Assembly: GCF_015706575.1 (NCBI RefSeq)
Contig: NW_024037076.1
Span: forward strand, 22,733,286-22,797,285
Direction of reading: 5' to 3'
Length of the DNA: 64,000 nucleotides
DNA from: Patiria miniata
Lineage: Eukaryota
Below the pieces are notes generated by a model. That model was not told the origin of the DNA. It made no database searches and worked only from the letters and a program-made list of their open reading frames with translations. A program made the translations under genes and the position numbers. Within the stretch, counting starts at the first letter, position 1, and the number at the start of each line of letters is the position of its first letter. This document shows, piece by piece, positions 34,301 through 47,802 of the stretch.

Positions 34301-37300
34301 CTCAAAAAGTAACAGATGATATCTGTTTTTGTTTCTGAAGCGTTAAATACAAAATGCAATCCTTTCAAAATAGTTTTATTTGATCAATAGGATCAATATT
34401 ATTGACGTGGTCATGATATGGTCAAATGCATGAGTAACGTCTAGGGGTTTGTTATGCCGTTCACGTAGAGTTCACGCTAATACCAAACCCATCTTCCTTT
34501 CACAATTATTTTCTTGCGGACTTGTCGTGGCGGTCACGTACACCATTCAAACCACTCGTCAGGAAGTGTGCAGTACTAAAAGTGTGTTGTCACTTGACTG
34601 GATGCTAAGAGCGGCAGTCAGTCCTCTTAGCAACAGATGCTCAGCCGATGATTGTATCCAATCTTGTCAATATTTTAGATGTGTTGAGTTTAAAGGGATT
34701 CGGGACTGAAACTCAGAAGACGTTGACCCTGCTTAATGGTTATGGGTGGTTCATGGGGAGTTAAAATGATGAAATGTTTATCACCTGAGGCCACGGAGGA
34801 AGGAAAACAGAGTGCTAAAATTTGCTAATGTAGAAATTTGCTCAGCACAGAAAATATCTGACTGAGCATCTCACCTTTCCAACTATCATTATTCTCACCA
34901 TCATTTTTACCAATTCAGAACATGATTTACAAACTAACCACAGACCACTTCCTTTATCACCATCCTTGCCAATTCATCAAAACCTTTCAATTTCTGTCCA
35001 AACACTCACCAAGGCAACTGTCTACACTGTACATCCAATCATCAGGCAACCTTAAACAAATCCAAATTCCACTAACAACACGCCGACCATCCTTTCCCTC
35101 CTATCCAAAGCTCCCCTACCACTTTAGTTTTTTTCCCCAGGTAGACATTAACAATAAACCATATGTTAGAAACCCAACCAGCATTGCAAATAGATCATTT
35201 GACACGTTCCTTCGTCCAGGTTCCCGATACTTGTCCCCTGTAAAATGAGCTCTTTGATATTCCAGTCTTGGCACAAGCGTGTTCATGGCTTTGTTAACGT
35301 GCATATCCAAAAAGTCTCAAAACAAACACCAGCTGATAGGGTTGCAGAATTTGCAAGTGCATGCAGGCCTAGAGGGGGGGAGTGTTTTCTCTCTTCCCAA
35401 CCTCTGCCTCTGTTGCTAATCATTTTGGAATGGTTAGGTTTTGATGAGGACATCTATGGGTCGTGCTTGTATAGTGTGACTGGGTTAGAATAACAGGGAG
35501 TGGTAAGTGATACTTTGCCGATGATTAGAGGCAAGACGTGAGAGAGGATGTGCAAGGATGCGGCTTGAAGGATGACCACAAAAACAAATACAGAATAATT
35601 AATATAGAGATAATAAAAGGAAGTATAGGTATATGATCTGAAAAATAGCAAGATACGGACAGTTAACTGGGAAAAATCTGAGTGGAATGAATGTGGGATT
35701 GGACGAAAGCAAACAGGGTGATATTAGATTTAGCAGCTTAGACTGTCCTACATGTACAGACTACTACTGAGAAAGATGTGAGAATGAACAAATATGAAAT
35801 GAAGAGACTCTAAAGGATGGGGCAAAGAACAAGACAGAAAGAGAACATACAAGAGGAATAACAGTAACATAAAACACAGAGTCAAACATGACAAATACAA
35901 CAAACTAGTAAAAGGCAAGCTAAGAGTAGCATGACCACTACACCAACAAAAAATTAATACATGAACATAAACAATTGTGTAATATATGAGGAATATCTAC
36001 CATGTAGAAAACCAGTACACAAATTGTTTGATACAGTTTTTGAAGCATAAACCGGAATGAAAAAGTAAACCAAAAATGAAACTTAACAAAGAGCAAATAA
36101 TCAGAACTCATACAATGAATATATGGCTTCAGACAGTAGAAATATAAAAATCAGACTGGAAAACAGAAACAGACAGATCGGACTGAAAGATATCAATGTA
36201 ATGGGAATGACGATGTTGGTAACAGATGTTGTGGCCAGAATCAGATAAGCTAAATATTATTAGACCAACTTAACTGTGTTATCTTAAAACAACTGATCAA
36301 TAGCTAAAACTCAACCATTAGCATTACAGCTCCTTTGATACTTAACTCAGACAAAAATTCTCCAAATGTACAAGTGAGGATTGTAGGAAGTTAACCCAAA
36401 TTCTATCTCATGGAAAACAAGAATTAATGAAATCCTTAAGGACATATGAATTTCAATCAAACTATTTTATTTTGCCTGTTTTACAACATCACATTTTGAC
36501 ATTTTGAGTAAAACAGAGTTCATCTTTTGTCAGTTAACAAAAAGTTAACATTGTAAATGACACTGAATAAAATCAGGTTACTAGAAAGTAAAAATTAACC
36601 ACATTTATCATTTTCCTCTTTGTTCATCTTCCGATTGTCTCCTTTCAATGCAATTAATGAAGGCATGACAGCTTTTCAAATTACATTAAAAAAACCTTGG
36701 TCAACCATTTAAGGTAAACGTGACTTTGTGCAATTCGCTAAATTTACAAAATCTGATTTTCAAAAGATATTCAACATGCCAAGGAGAAAAAAAATCTCTT
36801 ATGAAAATGAAGCAAATCAGACCTACACTGTACATCTCATCGCTCGTCGCTTTAGAAAATCCCATGATTTCATTCAGAAAACTAAAATGGTTAATACACA
36901 GCCCCTTTTCAAACCAATGACTCTACAAAACTCCTACAGTGTGTAGGTGTTAATCATTCAATATGTCACAAATCTCAAGTCATATTTACGGAGGTCCAAG
37001 GAACTAGTTCCATGAACTTCTTAATCACGTTAACACTCAAATATGAAATTTCAGACATCTGACTATCATACGGAGAAGACCTACTTTGCCTCAAGAGCTT
37101 TTTACATTGTACTGAAGGTTGCTTACAGCCCCAAAGTTGATCATGCTTAAAACATACACGACCTCATCAAAATGGTTTATAACGAACAAAGTTTAAAAGT
37201 TGTGTTCTACAAGAGTCAGTGTTGTTGCATGCATAAATCCAATCACTATTAAAAGAAAAACTGAGCTCCAACAAGGTTAGCATGGCAAGCACCAAAATGA

Positions 37301-37356
37301 AAGTGAAAGAAAAAAAGAAAACGTCATAGATGTTTTAAGATTTTGTTGATACTTAC

Positions 37357-37444
37357 GAAACGGTTCCATAAGCTGAAAAGGCGTTATAGAGATCAGCTGT
37401 CTCAACTGAAGGGTCTAAGTCACCAACAAATATATGATGATGAC
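37357..37444 (-). CDS. TIA1: TIA1-like exon encoding the start of RRM2, including the RNP2 motif: (G)HHHIFVGDLDPSVETADLYNAFSAYGTV(S).
   Basis: The acceptor is ctgcag and the donor is gtaagt. The sequence matches human [29 protein letters not shown]. Confidence 0.85.
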
Positions 37445-40400
37445 CTGCAGACAAAACAAACAACAAGAGAGAAAGATGAGGTCAAAGGTTACATATAGGT
37501 CAAAGATCATCAAAGTTATAATGGACATTTACATACAGTTAAAGTAGAATGTACAATGTGTGTGGGTTGCAACAGCTTGGACATCTATTTATTTTCTCAA
37601 CCACACTGTTGGGAACCGTCCGTAAATTTGTCTCCATTTTGTCAACAAAACTTTCACGGCTGGCATTTACTCAATGAATTAATTAGTAATTTTTTACCTG
37701 ATGATACCACACACGTGACACAACGATAAATATATATATATATCTAAAATGAGTTTGTGATATCTAGAACATCAATAACACCCTTGTGAAAGACAACAAA
37801 TATTGTTCCACGTGGATCCAGCTGAGTAAACAATATTTAAATAAATATGACATACATGTACGTGGATAAGTTCGGACTCCAACAAAATAATTGTTTTATA
37901 ATTTATTTATCATGCTGAGTTTACCGCATCTTGAACATAGTACCGGAGTATGTCAATGAATTGAAAATGTCTGATCATTTAAAGTCCTACAGGATAGGTC
38001 ACACTTCAAACCACAAGCTTCTAAAACAAACAAGAGGGAAAGGACAAGAAGGAGCAAAGACTGGCAATCTCCACCTTATATCACCATGGTGATACCGGTA
38101 CATGACTATGATGATGTATTTCATCTCAGGATTGTAATATGCCCTGCAATGTGATATCATGACCATGCAGCATTCACAGCCACACGTCATACCCAGCTAG
38201 GCTCCCCTCATAATAAGCCGAGTGCTTGACCGAGCATGAGCTGCCGACGGCCAAACCATGCCTGATATTACCCACCATCCAACCCTCCAATGAACCCTAC
38301 TCAAGCCCACGGCATCGTCTTAGATTCAACCCAACTGTTTCCCTTACTAAGACCAGACAACCTGATATAAATCGCTCTGTTTTTATCTGATTCTGATCCG
38401 AGAAATGAAGAAATAGAATCTGTGGATGGGTTACCTTGTCCAGCTAAATGACACCTTTATAAAAAATCTATACATAAACCACTACTTAATCCAAAGTCTA
38501 CATGTACATGTATAAAGAAGCCAACTCGGTTATGGTTATGGAAACTCTCCAATGCACAGTGTGATTTTAATTACACTGAGTGGGACAAAATTAAAATGCA
38601 GTTGCAAACTCATGCAATTTTTTTTTCCAATAAATTAAAAAAATTTCAGACATGCAGTGGCAAGCGTTGTACATGTACAACCCAAGGCCACTCCAACTGC
38701 TTTGTATTGCAGAATGTATGTATGTATACTGTATCTTGGGAACATCAGCAGTTAGTCTTTCCCAACATTAGACGATGCGTATCTATGGTGATTTGTTTTC
38801 AACATCCTGAGCCGTGAACTTTGATGCGGTGCGACAGAGTCCTGGAAACCATTAATACAATCAACTAGAGCATGGCGCCTGCACTATACATCACCAATTG
38901 CCGTCAGTTCTTGTTGTAAACCTAAGTCTTAGCATCACCGATCCTCTCTACATGTAGGTTTTCCAATAAACCATTCCACAGAAGTATGTTCATTGTCTCA
39001 GTGTTTCACTCCGATATAAGGCTTTTCCAAACCGTTGCTTTTTTAGGTCCCTGAGTTGAGGCATCTGGTTCGATGTGCCTTCATTTTCTCCAACAACAAT
39101 AAATGTTAGGCCATCTGTTAATTTGGTTCTACCTGTAAACCTTTGAAAATGATTCTGAAAATGATTCTGAAACCCATGATGAAACCAAAATACAAAAAGG
39201 TAAGCCAAAATTTGAAAAATGGCTGTAGAACATCAATGTTCCTTTTGAACTCTTGACCTTTTGAACTCTTGACACGGGGTCTACTTACTTCAATAATTGA
39301 AATTTCTGCATGCATTCCTTCTTGCAAAACCAGTTATTTTTTACATTTCTTAAGTGAAACTAAATCAATTTCTCAATTTCATATTGCTACCAAAAAAAAA
39401 CAATGGAAAATGATATAATTTCAATTTGTCAGTGCTACTATTACACTCAAGTTAATTTCGAACGGAGTAACTTCTTTGTTTTTCTGGGACCGCTACTGTG
39501 GGAAATTAGCAATGTAATAACATATGGTGCACCATTCAAATATGAACAGTCCTGTCTGTCTGAGAGCAACTTCAAACGACAACCATCAGTCGACTAGAGG
39601 TTGATTTGTGACAGACGGTAACTTACGCAGGCCTGCGCACTAATAGCATCACGCGAACACCTCTAGTCAAACAAAGGTCAAAACTCCTGGCTCCCCGTTG
39701 TGCTTTATGATGCGCGCAGCTATTGGTAACCAGTGATGTAACCGTGCCCGTGCTCTGGTTCCAAATAGTCAACTCGAGTAGTCCAACCATCCCTCATTCC
39801 AGCAAAGTTAGTCGATTTAAGGTTAACTATAGTTCGCGCCTGAACTTGCTCTAGTATGACACTTTTCATGCAACTAACAAGAGAAAAAATATAAATCCTG
39901 AAAAAAGTGTTAAACGGACAATCCTTCAATTATTCAAATTTCTTACAACGCTTCAAGGTGTTTTCCTTCCAGGAATAATGGACACAATTATCTCAGAATA
40001 TATAAACTGTGCCAAATTTGTCTCCTTCGATGTAATTTTGTTCTGTTTATCAGAGCAAGACATACTTCCTTGCAGGAATGATCTAATATATTGTAGATTA
40101 ATCAAGTAACTCTATACATCCAGGTATTTGGAAAGTCGGTCAGGGAGTCTCATATAAAACGAAAGAATTACGACAGAGGACAGAAGCATGTTAAATATTC
40201 CCACCAGGGAGGGTTGATCCCCTGTTACATTTATTCTTATATAATGTCAGTTGTAATGTATTCTTCTACAGAAGCACCCGGAGGTTACATGTAGGTGCCA
40301 GGGGAGGGGAGGGGGGGAGGGGATGTGTGATGGGCGGGAGAGGGGGTAGTTGACGTTACTTCAGAGATATAAAGTAGCGTGAACAGTTACGTAGGATCCA

Positions 40401-40961
40401 TTGCTGTAGTTAACAAACCGTGACGTTTTCCTGTGAAGTTATGGATGACATCTTCTAATTACAACCGTACCAAGTGCAAATTTTAATAAGCAACCAACTA
40501 CATGTAGAACATTAGGTTTACTGGCCCCACTTCCCCCTCTTCTATCTATATTAATGAGTATTTGGCAGTCCTCTGTCAACTTTGGAGAGGTGTTAATACA
40601 TACAACTGTCCACTAATGAACAGGGCATACTACTTACTGACCTAGCAAGTTAATTTCGTGTCATCTGTGGCATCAGCAACCTGATTAAAATGTCAGTTTC
40701 ACTGCAGGAAACCATCAATACATCTTCTTCCCTCGTCTCTCAAATTGTCAAAGGAAACTCAGTGCATTTAGACCGTATACTTCATTGTCTACAGTCTTTT
40801 CATCAAAGCCACTGCACTTCACCCCAGGCAGGAAATGCACAATGCATACTAACTTCAAATTTATAAAATGAAATATCTTTTAAACAAGCCTAAGCACGTA
40901 AAAGCAATCGGACCCAAGAATGTCACTTTAGGACATTATTTATGCTTAATGACTCAGTCTT

Positions 40962-40997
40962 TCAGTCAGTCAGTCAGTCAGTCAGTCAGTCAGTCAG
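40962..40997. repeat. (TCAG)9 tetranucleotide microsatellite.
   Basis: The plus strand reads ttcagtcagtcagtcagtcagtcagtcagtcagtcagtcg. Confidence 0.9.
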
Positions 40998-41959
40998 TCG
41001 ACTTTGTCAGAGGACAACTAGCCAGCCCTTCTGATCCAGAAAAAAAACAGAAAAACAAATTTCAGAATGCTGAGGCCCATTGAAAAAACATCAATTTTCA
41101 ACCAAATTGTGAAACAGGTGCAATAACGCTTCCATTTCAACGTGAAGTACTTTCCGTCCATTAATACAAGCAGCTTTACCCCAAGTATATAATGGTGAGA
41201 ACAAGCTTCAACATCCCTCCGGATACAAATAAGACCTTAGTGACTATTAAAGATAGGATTCAGCGTAATTACGGAGCGGTAATATCCCTGTCATGAATAT
41301 TTCAAGACAAACAGACGATGGGTCAGTCTTTTTCTCATGGTTTGATGAGGTTTGCAAGGAAGACGAAAGGTGTGACTTCAAGCAGAGATGACCCGCAAAA
41401 CTCATCGACTAGGCCGGTCCAAGGGAGGTGACATGGCGTCTAAATAGCGCCATCGGCATACCCCAGCAATTCCCAAAAGTCCCAGGTAGCTTGAGCGCTT
41501 GGTGTGAAAATGGACTGATACTGCATGCAATGCCAAACATCCACGAGATAATTGCAGTTTCGACCAAGGCATAACAATTCAAGGATTCCATCTAGTTCTA
41601 TTATATTTCTTTCTCCAGATAAATTTCCATTTTGATAGATGTAAGTAATTCTCATTACTCTGGTAATGATAATTGCTGCAGATTATGATGTGAATGACAA
41701 ACGCTCTCCGCCTTCTGAAAATTTAATCTGCTTCTCACTTTCAGCCCCAGAATGATTTTTTTTAATATTCCAATTCTGCTGGCCTTATAAGTTCAGTACT
41801 TTGTATTACTAAATTGTGGAAATATTTTTATTTTTTTTGTTCTATATCCTGAATATTCAAAAGGAATAATAAAAGTTATTCACAAATGTAATCAACGAAG
41901 ATAACACGGTAATCAATTCCTTATTTTCCTTTTAAAAATCATACAAGTTTTTTTATTAA

Positions 41960-42336
41960 CCCTAACTTTCCCAAATCCTCCAAAAGATCCTTGCAAAATG
42001 GAGGATTTTGCAGGATTGAGGCTATATGGCCAAACTGTGTGGCTGATTTTGGAAGATGCACTGTGTCAAGGTGTTTATGCTCAACCATGCATAAATTTAG
42101 GCCTACATGTAGATTATACTTGAAATCCTCAGCACTGTTCCAGGATGTCACTGGCTCTGCCTCAACATGTACTGACAGTGATTGCTGGAGGATTTTGCAG
42201 GATTGAGGCAGTGGTCACCCCTCCAAGGTCCACATTCAAGATACAGTATAACGTAGGATTCTGCAGCATTGAGGCTGTGCAATTTTTAACATGGAGGCAG
42301 TTGGAGGATTTTGCAAAAATGCCTAGGGAGTTAGGG
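41960..42336. mobile_element. piggyBac-type MITE of about 377 bp. It has terminal inverted repeats CCCTAACT(T/C)(T/C)CC and is flanked by TTAA at 41956-41959 and 42337-42340. Internally it contains three to four tandem subrepeats GGAGGATTTTGCAGGATTGAGGC.
   Basis: The left end reads TTAA|CCCTAACTTTCCCAAATCCTCC and the right end reads GGAGTTAGGG|TTAA. piggyBac-superfamily elements insert at TTAA and begin with CCC..GGG. A second, partial copy is at about 62158-62230 and 63250-63300. Confidence 0.6.
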
Positions 42337-45300
42337 TTAAGAAAGTTGAGGGACTAGCCAATAATTTGTGTACATTTCCATGGGCAAGACAAATCTCAGC
42401 CAAAGTTTGACTGTATATTAAAGTTTGTATGCAATGCATGACTAGATTACTACCCAGAATATTTTCTGACCTGGTGCCTACAGCACAACCCTATTGTTTC
42501 ATGCATGCTGCATCTTGCATGAGGGGAAGTGGACAAAATCGTGTCCGTGCGTTCAATTTGAGCACGAGATAGAGACTCTGGAGATGTAAAACGCCAACAA
42601 ACAATTCCACCTGACATTTACACCCGTCCCTCTACAGGTAACCCAGACCGCATAAACACTATGCTTCAAAAGACAGCACAGGGACAAAGCGAAATGGGAC
42701 CTGATTAGTAGTAATTGTGCTCCCTGAAAGAGAGCCCGGCAAAAATCTAAAGAATAATCTCAGAGGAAAAGTGCAAATCCAATTTCCATTGGTAATAGGC
42801 CGCTCATCTAATAATAGAGTCAAGATAATTGGTCTGAGGCTGTGAGAGGGTAACGGGGTATAACTAGGAAGTGGCCTGCTGCCCCGATCAATGTTAACTA
42901 CTTCATCCATCAACCGACACCACTGACGTCTGCACTAGTCATATTATTGTCAGTATTCTGCTGGATATCGGGAGTAGATTCAGAGAAGCTGTCACTGAGA
43001 GTCAAACTCAGAGTTGTTTGTATCCTTTCTCAGCGGCATGAAGCAAACACCTGCTGAAGTGTCTCTTCAGGGAAGACTCAACCACCTGATGGTTGGAATA
43101 CTTCAATAATGCAACAAGCTCATCAGGGGGACCACACTTCATCCGTGCATGCTGGCCTCGCATTCAATAAAGCACCCAATGGAGAAATAACAAGCTTCCA
43201 GATGCTACTATGAACCATTACTTCCAGTAATTTACCCCTCACAGCAACAAGCCCACGGATAATACACAGGAAGAAATTGCTGGAGTATTAATCAGTCAAT
43301 GTCATTAAGTGCGCATCAGTTTCCCTTTCAAAGCGTTTTACCACATCCCAGCCATCACGAGATACTCTCATCATTACATGTAAAGGTGGTTCAAAAGTGG
43401 TCAAATTACAACATCTCATATTTCCAATTCCAGAATTGACAAAAACTTAATTAAAATATTAAATTTAGTTTGATTCAAAATAATTTTTTTAAAAATACAA
43501 TTTATCAACAAAGCTGCCAAGCTGCCAAAACAGAAAAGATTTTCTTAGCTAAAATGGTTTACCAGCTACAATGTCATACGACATATATTGCTACTAACTG
43601 GTACTCTGCCCGTTTCCTCTTTTCACGTAAATTTACATGCAATATTCTTTGCATAAAAGCCCATGAAACTGGGTCCAGGTTTGAAGTTACGTAAATCCCA
43701 AAGTGTTCAGAAAACTAGGTCACACGATCTCATTTCCCAGCAACTCCCCTCAGACATCAGTCATGCTCTCCCCACAACCCTTCCGATCTATTTTTAGCAT
43801 CCCAATAATTGCCTAAACGACCTTTCACAATGTCTGTATTCTGATAGACCTCTAGCTCGGTCTTTTACCACGTTTAACTGTGAAATCTAACAGCCGAGTC
43901 TCCGCGTGGCTAATGTACATGGGTATTATTTGAACCAAGTGGAGTGGAAGGGTTCACCATCTAGAGAGAGGTGGCCACGTCTCTAGTCATTCTCAAAACA
44001 CCTCTGAGGATTGAGACAAACCCTCTCAAAACACATCTTATATTCCTTTATTTGTCTAACAAATTGCCACTTTATGCAGATGGGAAATGTCTATTTGGAT
44101 TCTATCAAGATCTTTTCAAGAAGCAATTTTTTTCTTCAAAATTTATGGATGAAGTGCGTGAACATGTACATTTGTATAATAATTGAGCAGTACGTATGTA
44201 AGTTGAAGATTTTCCATTTGTACGGTAGCGAGTGTTCCTTACAATATCATAAAGATGCAGAAATGCATCTGCACAAAAACTACAGGAAGATTCCCAAAAT
44301 ACAATCAAGACAAGAAACGTACTCTCCAGATAAAACCAAAGGCCTTATGATCACATGAACTCCTGCAGTAGTGACCATCAAGTACCCCTGGTGTCCTGAT
44401 GGCAGGGTACCAGGGTACCAGCGTACCAGTCATTTTATGACCGAGTGTGTATAAATCATACGGACACTGAGACAAGTTTTTGCATGGTTCCCTGTTTGCC
44501 TGGTCCCATCTATCAAACATCCCATCCATACTGACAAGCAGTGTGATTAATTGCTCTCTTCTCGCTTTGGTAATGGTATAGACGAGACTTGTTGACGCAC
44601 ACAACTTCCAAATGATATCGTATTTTCAACGTAAAAAAGCTATCAGCATGTGATTTTCTTCTTTTATAGCAGTACCAATGCTTCCTGTACATCTTCAGAC
44701 CTGCACTCTGTGAGGCTGTATGATTGACAGGTGATAATGTCATACGTACGTGTGCATGTGCATTCAAAGCAGGTGCAAATGGTCAATGGGTGCAGATGAA
44801 TGGTGTCTAAGACAATTCTTACATCCGGCTTGTACCGTATGCCACCGTGCCATAATCACATTTTCCTTTTAATCTGTTAAGTGGAATAGTTATGTCTATA
44901 GTTTTTATGAAGGCCTACATGTAAGGAATAAAGTACAGGGAATACTTTCATGACTTTCTCAGCCACCTGCAGTCCTGCACACACACAATAAGTGATACTA
45001 TTTCTTCTAAAAAAAAATAGTGAACATACCTGAGAAAAAAAAGTCACATGTGAACGAGACCTATAAACCTCTAATATCCTCGGGAGAAACTGGATGTGCT
45101 TGGCCAGAGTCTCAATATTGACTTGGTGGTTCCAGGTCCCATAATACCAATTGGCATAGCATCTTGAGACCCACATTCATAACATCCTAATTATGTTTGT
45201 AAAGGTCTAGAATTACACTCAATCTATACACTGCTTCATTCTATTTCTTGTTCCCGTCTCTCGGGAAAGAGGCTGAAACCGCATCTTTGCGACATGCTGC

Positions 45301-47497
45301 ACGCTCATTTCCCTGTCCTGTGTGTCACTAATAGGCTTTATTCACGAGTCGGCCATATTAAATTGAAAGCGGGGTAACTTCTTCATTGTTACAACTTGTG
45401 AATTTATAGAAATGAAAGCAATGACATCAAGTTAATTACAAATAAATACCAGTCTGCTCTGATGAATAATTGAAATTTGTGATTAAACATATTTGTACCC
45501 TAATATTTTCAGCTACATTTCAAAAGACAATTTTAAATTGAGGCTTGGAACGTATAAATAGTCTGGCACCGTCCCATTCAACATTTTAAAATGTATAAAA
45601 TCCCTTCAGGGAACATGATCAAAAATGGCTGCCTCATGAATCAGGTCTATTCAAACACCCAACTCATTTTCATTTTAAATAAAATATGCTGCCTCAATGA
45701 AAATCTCAGAACAGTAGTTTTATCACTGTATATTTCTTTGTAGAAGTTTAGCTTATTTAAGGTCACTTTGTCACATTGCCTGTCACATATTTTTGTGGTT
45801 TTTTTTATCTGAAATTTTTTAGACAACTTCGTAAACTTCATATCTGCAATGACAAGAGTGTACAATTTGGACTCATTTGGGCAATTTTTAAACAGTATGC
45901 AAATAATGGGCGTGATGATTATTACCCCCACTAGACTCTAGATCTAGATACAACCCACAACCTCCAAAAAGAAAAGGAAAAGAAACAATGTTGCCACTGA
46001 TTAGTACTCATAAATATTTCACAACATCTGACCATATCCAAGGTGCAATTAAAACTGTGCAATGTGTCCCCCCTCGCATCCATGGTCATTTGCTGGCAAC
46101 AGAGATCTAATTGAAACATCCCATCTCCAAAACAACACTGACTGCACAAGAGATGACAGCCTGAATGAATAAATGGAAATGCAGTCTTTCTTTTTCCTTT
46201 TTTTTTTTTTAACTGACCTATTTCCTAGGTTTCTGACCGCAGTTGTCCTTTTGTGTGGCACCGACTCTAGCATTATCAGTACCCATCTCCAACCATCCAT
46301 TTGAAGGCCTTTTATTCCTTAGCATCTTCCATCCTTTTTAGATGATTAATGATGGAGAGTGTCTTAGCATGGAGCAAGAAAGGAGGAAGGAATTCCAACT
46401 TGTGTTCTATGCTCTTTCGGTTTTAGGCCAATCATAACAAGTCAGACCCAAAAAAATGTTCTTTGATGGCTCAAATTGTTTTTAAATTCAGAAAATAAAG
46501 ATGGGTTTCATTAAAAGGTGGCTTTCAAGATTTAAAGTACGATTAAATGCCAAAGTGCGATATGTACAGTAGACTGTAGTGAATCTGTTATTAAATAATT
46601 AATAAATAGGTGAAAAAATTTACCTGAAATAATCTGACGTTGAACTGTTGATAAAATACAAGACAAAATTTAAGATCTGGAAATGGGCAATGACACAAAA
46701 CTTACACAAAATATATCAAATGTTTCTCACACAACTGTCCAGAAATATGACAATTTGTTTTTAAAAACTACAAGTGTATTGTACCCCGGTACTAGCTGAC
46801 TACATGTAGTGGCCATAATACAGATTGAACACTGGTACACTGGTTCTGTTTTGAAAACTTTAATGTAACTCATCGAGTACCGATTAAATGCCTTCATTAG
46901 ACCACATTAAAACAATGCGCTATGACTGGGGTGCCATCTCTGGGGAAAGCTGTTCTATGAAGGGGCAAATGTTCTATAGTGATTACATGTATATGAAATG
47001 TGTTTCTTCATGAGGACTGTATTGATTCACACCTCAAAGCACTGAGCAAAGCAAACAATAAAAGCCTGACCATTATTATTTCGGGGCGTTTCAGTAATTC
47101 AATTTCTATTGCCTTCATGGAGTATAATTCTCCCACATTGTAAGTTTTTATTTCTCACTGCAGACCAACCCCAATCCCCCACCCCTTACCCCCCAACCAA
47201 CTGATCATCCTCTGCTGGAACGACTCGCCCCTTGACATCTCAAGAGTTATACCTCCAATGTATAAGTGGCATATCATGTTAACGTGGTCTAGTACCGTTC
47301 ACCAAAGTCTGTCCAAGCATAATTCATGAGAGGGGTTTGATTTCTCGTCCGTGAAGCCCCCCTCTCGGACAGTCAATTCAAACTCCCCTCGGATGTTGAC
47401 AAGCTCTCCATAGTGATGTTGTGACATGATTAATACACCACCTGCCAACCTCTGAAAAGTCCTCTGGAATAATTTCAGACGGACAACAAACTGACTA

Positions 47498-47802
47498 TGA
47501 TCAAAACCCCTGGGGGGGGGGGGGGATAGGAAGGGGAAGGGGTGTGAAGTACCTGAGGTCAAAGGTTACTGAATAAACAGAGTCAAAGACTGTTCTGTTA
47601 TTGGATAAAGAGGACATCGGCGATGTCATAACCGGAATGGACCAGTGATGATGATCAAAACCCCTGGAGGGGTGGAAGGGAAGGGGGAAGGTTGATTTGA
47701 AGTACCTCAGGTCAAAGGCCGTTGTGTCAACGAGATTGTGGAGTCTCAGACTATTCTTTTATTGGATAAGGATGACATTAGTGACATCACAACTGTCATA
47801 AA
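47498..47802. repeat. Tandem duplication of two units of about 150 bp. Each unit starts tgatcaaaacccctgg, followed by a G-run and then ggaagggg, and contains gaagtacctgaggtcaaagg and ttattggataa.
   Basis: Unit 1 at 47498-47648 and unit 2 at 47651-47802 are about 75 percent identical. Unit 1 contains a G14 homopolymer at about 47512-47526. Confidence 0.6.

Noticed and set aside
41991-42357. Two similar plus-strand ORFs (..GGFCRIEA..).
   Set aside because: They lie entirely inside the piggyBac-like MITE. Their similarity comes from its internal tandem subrepeats.
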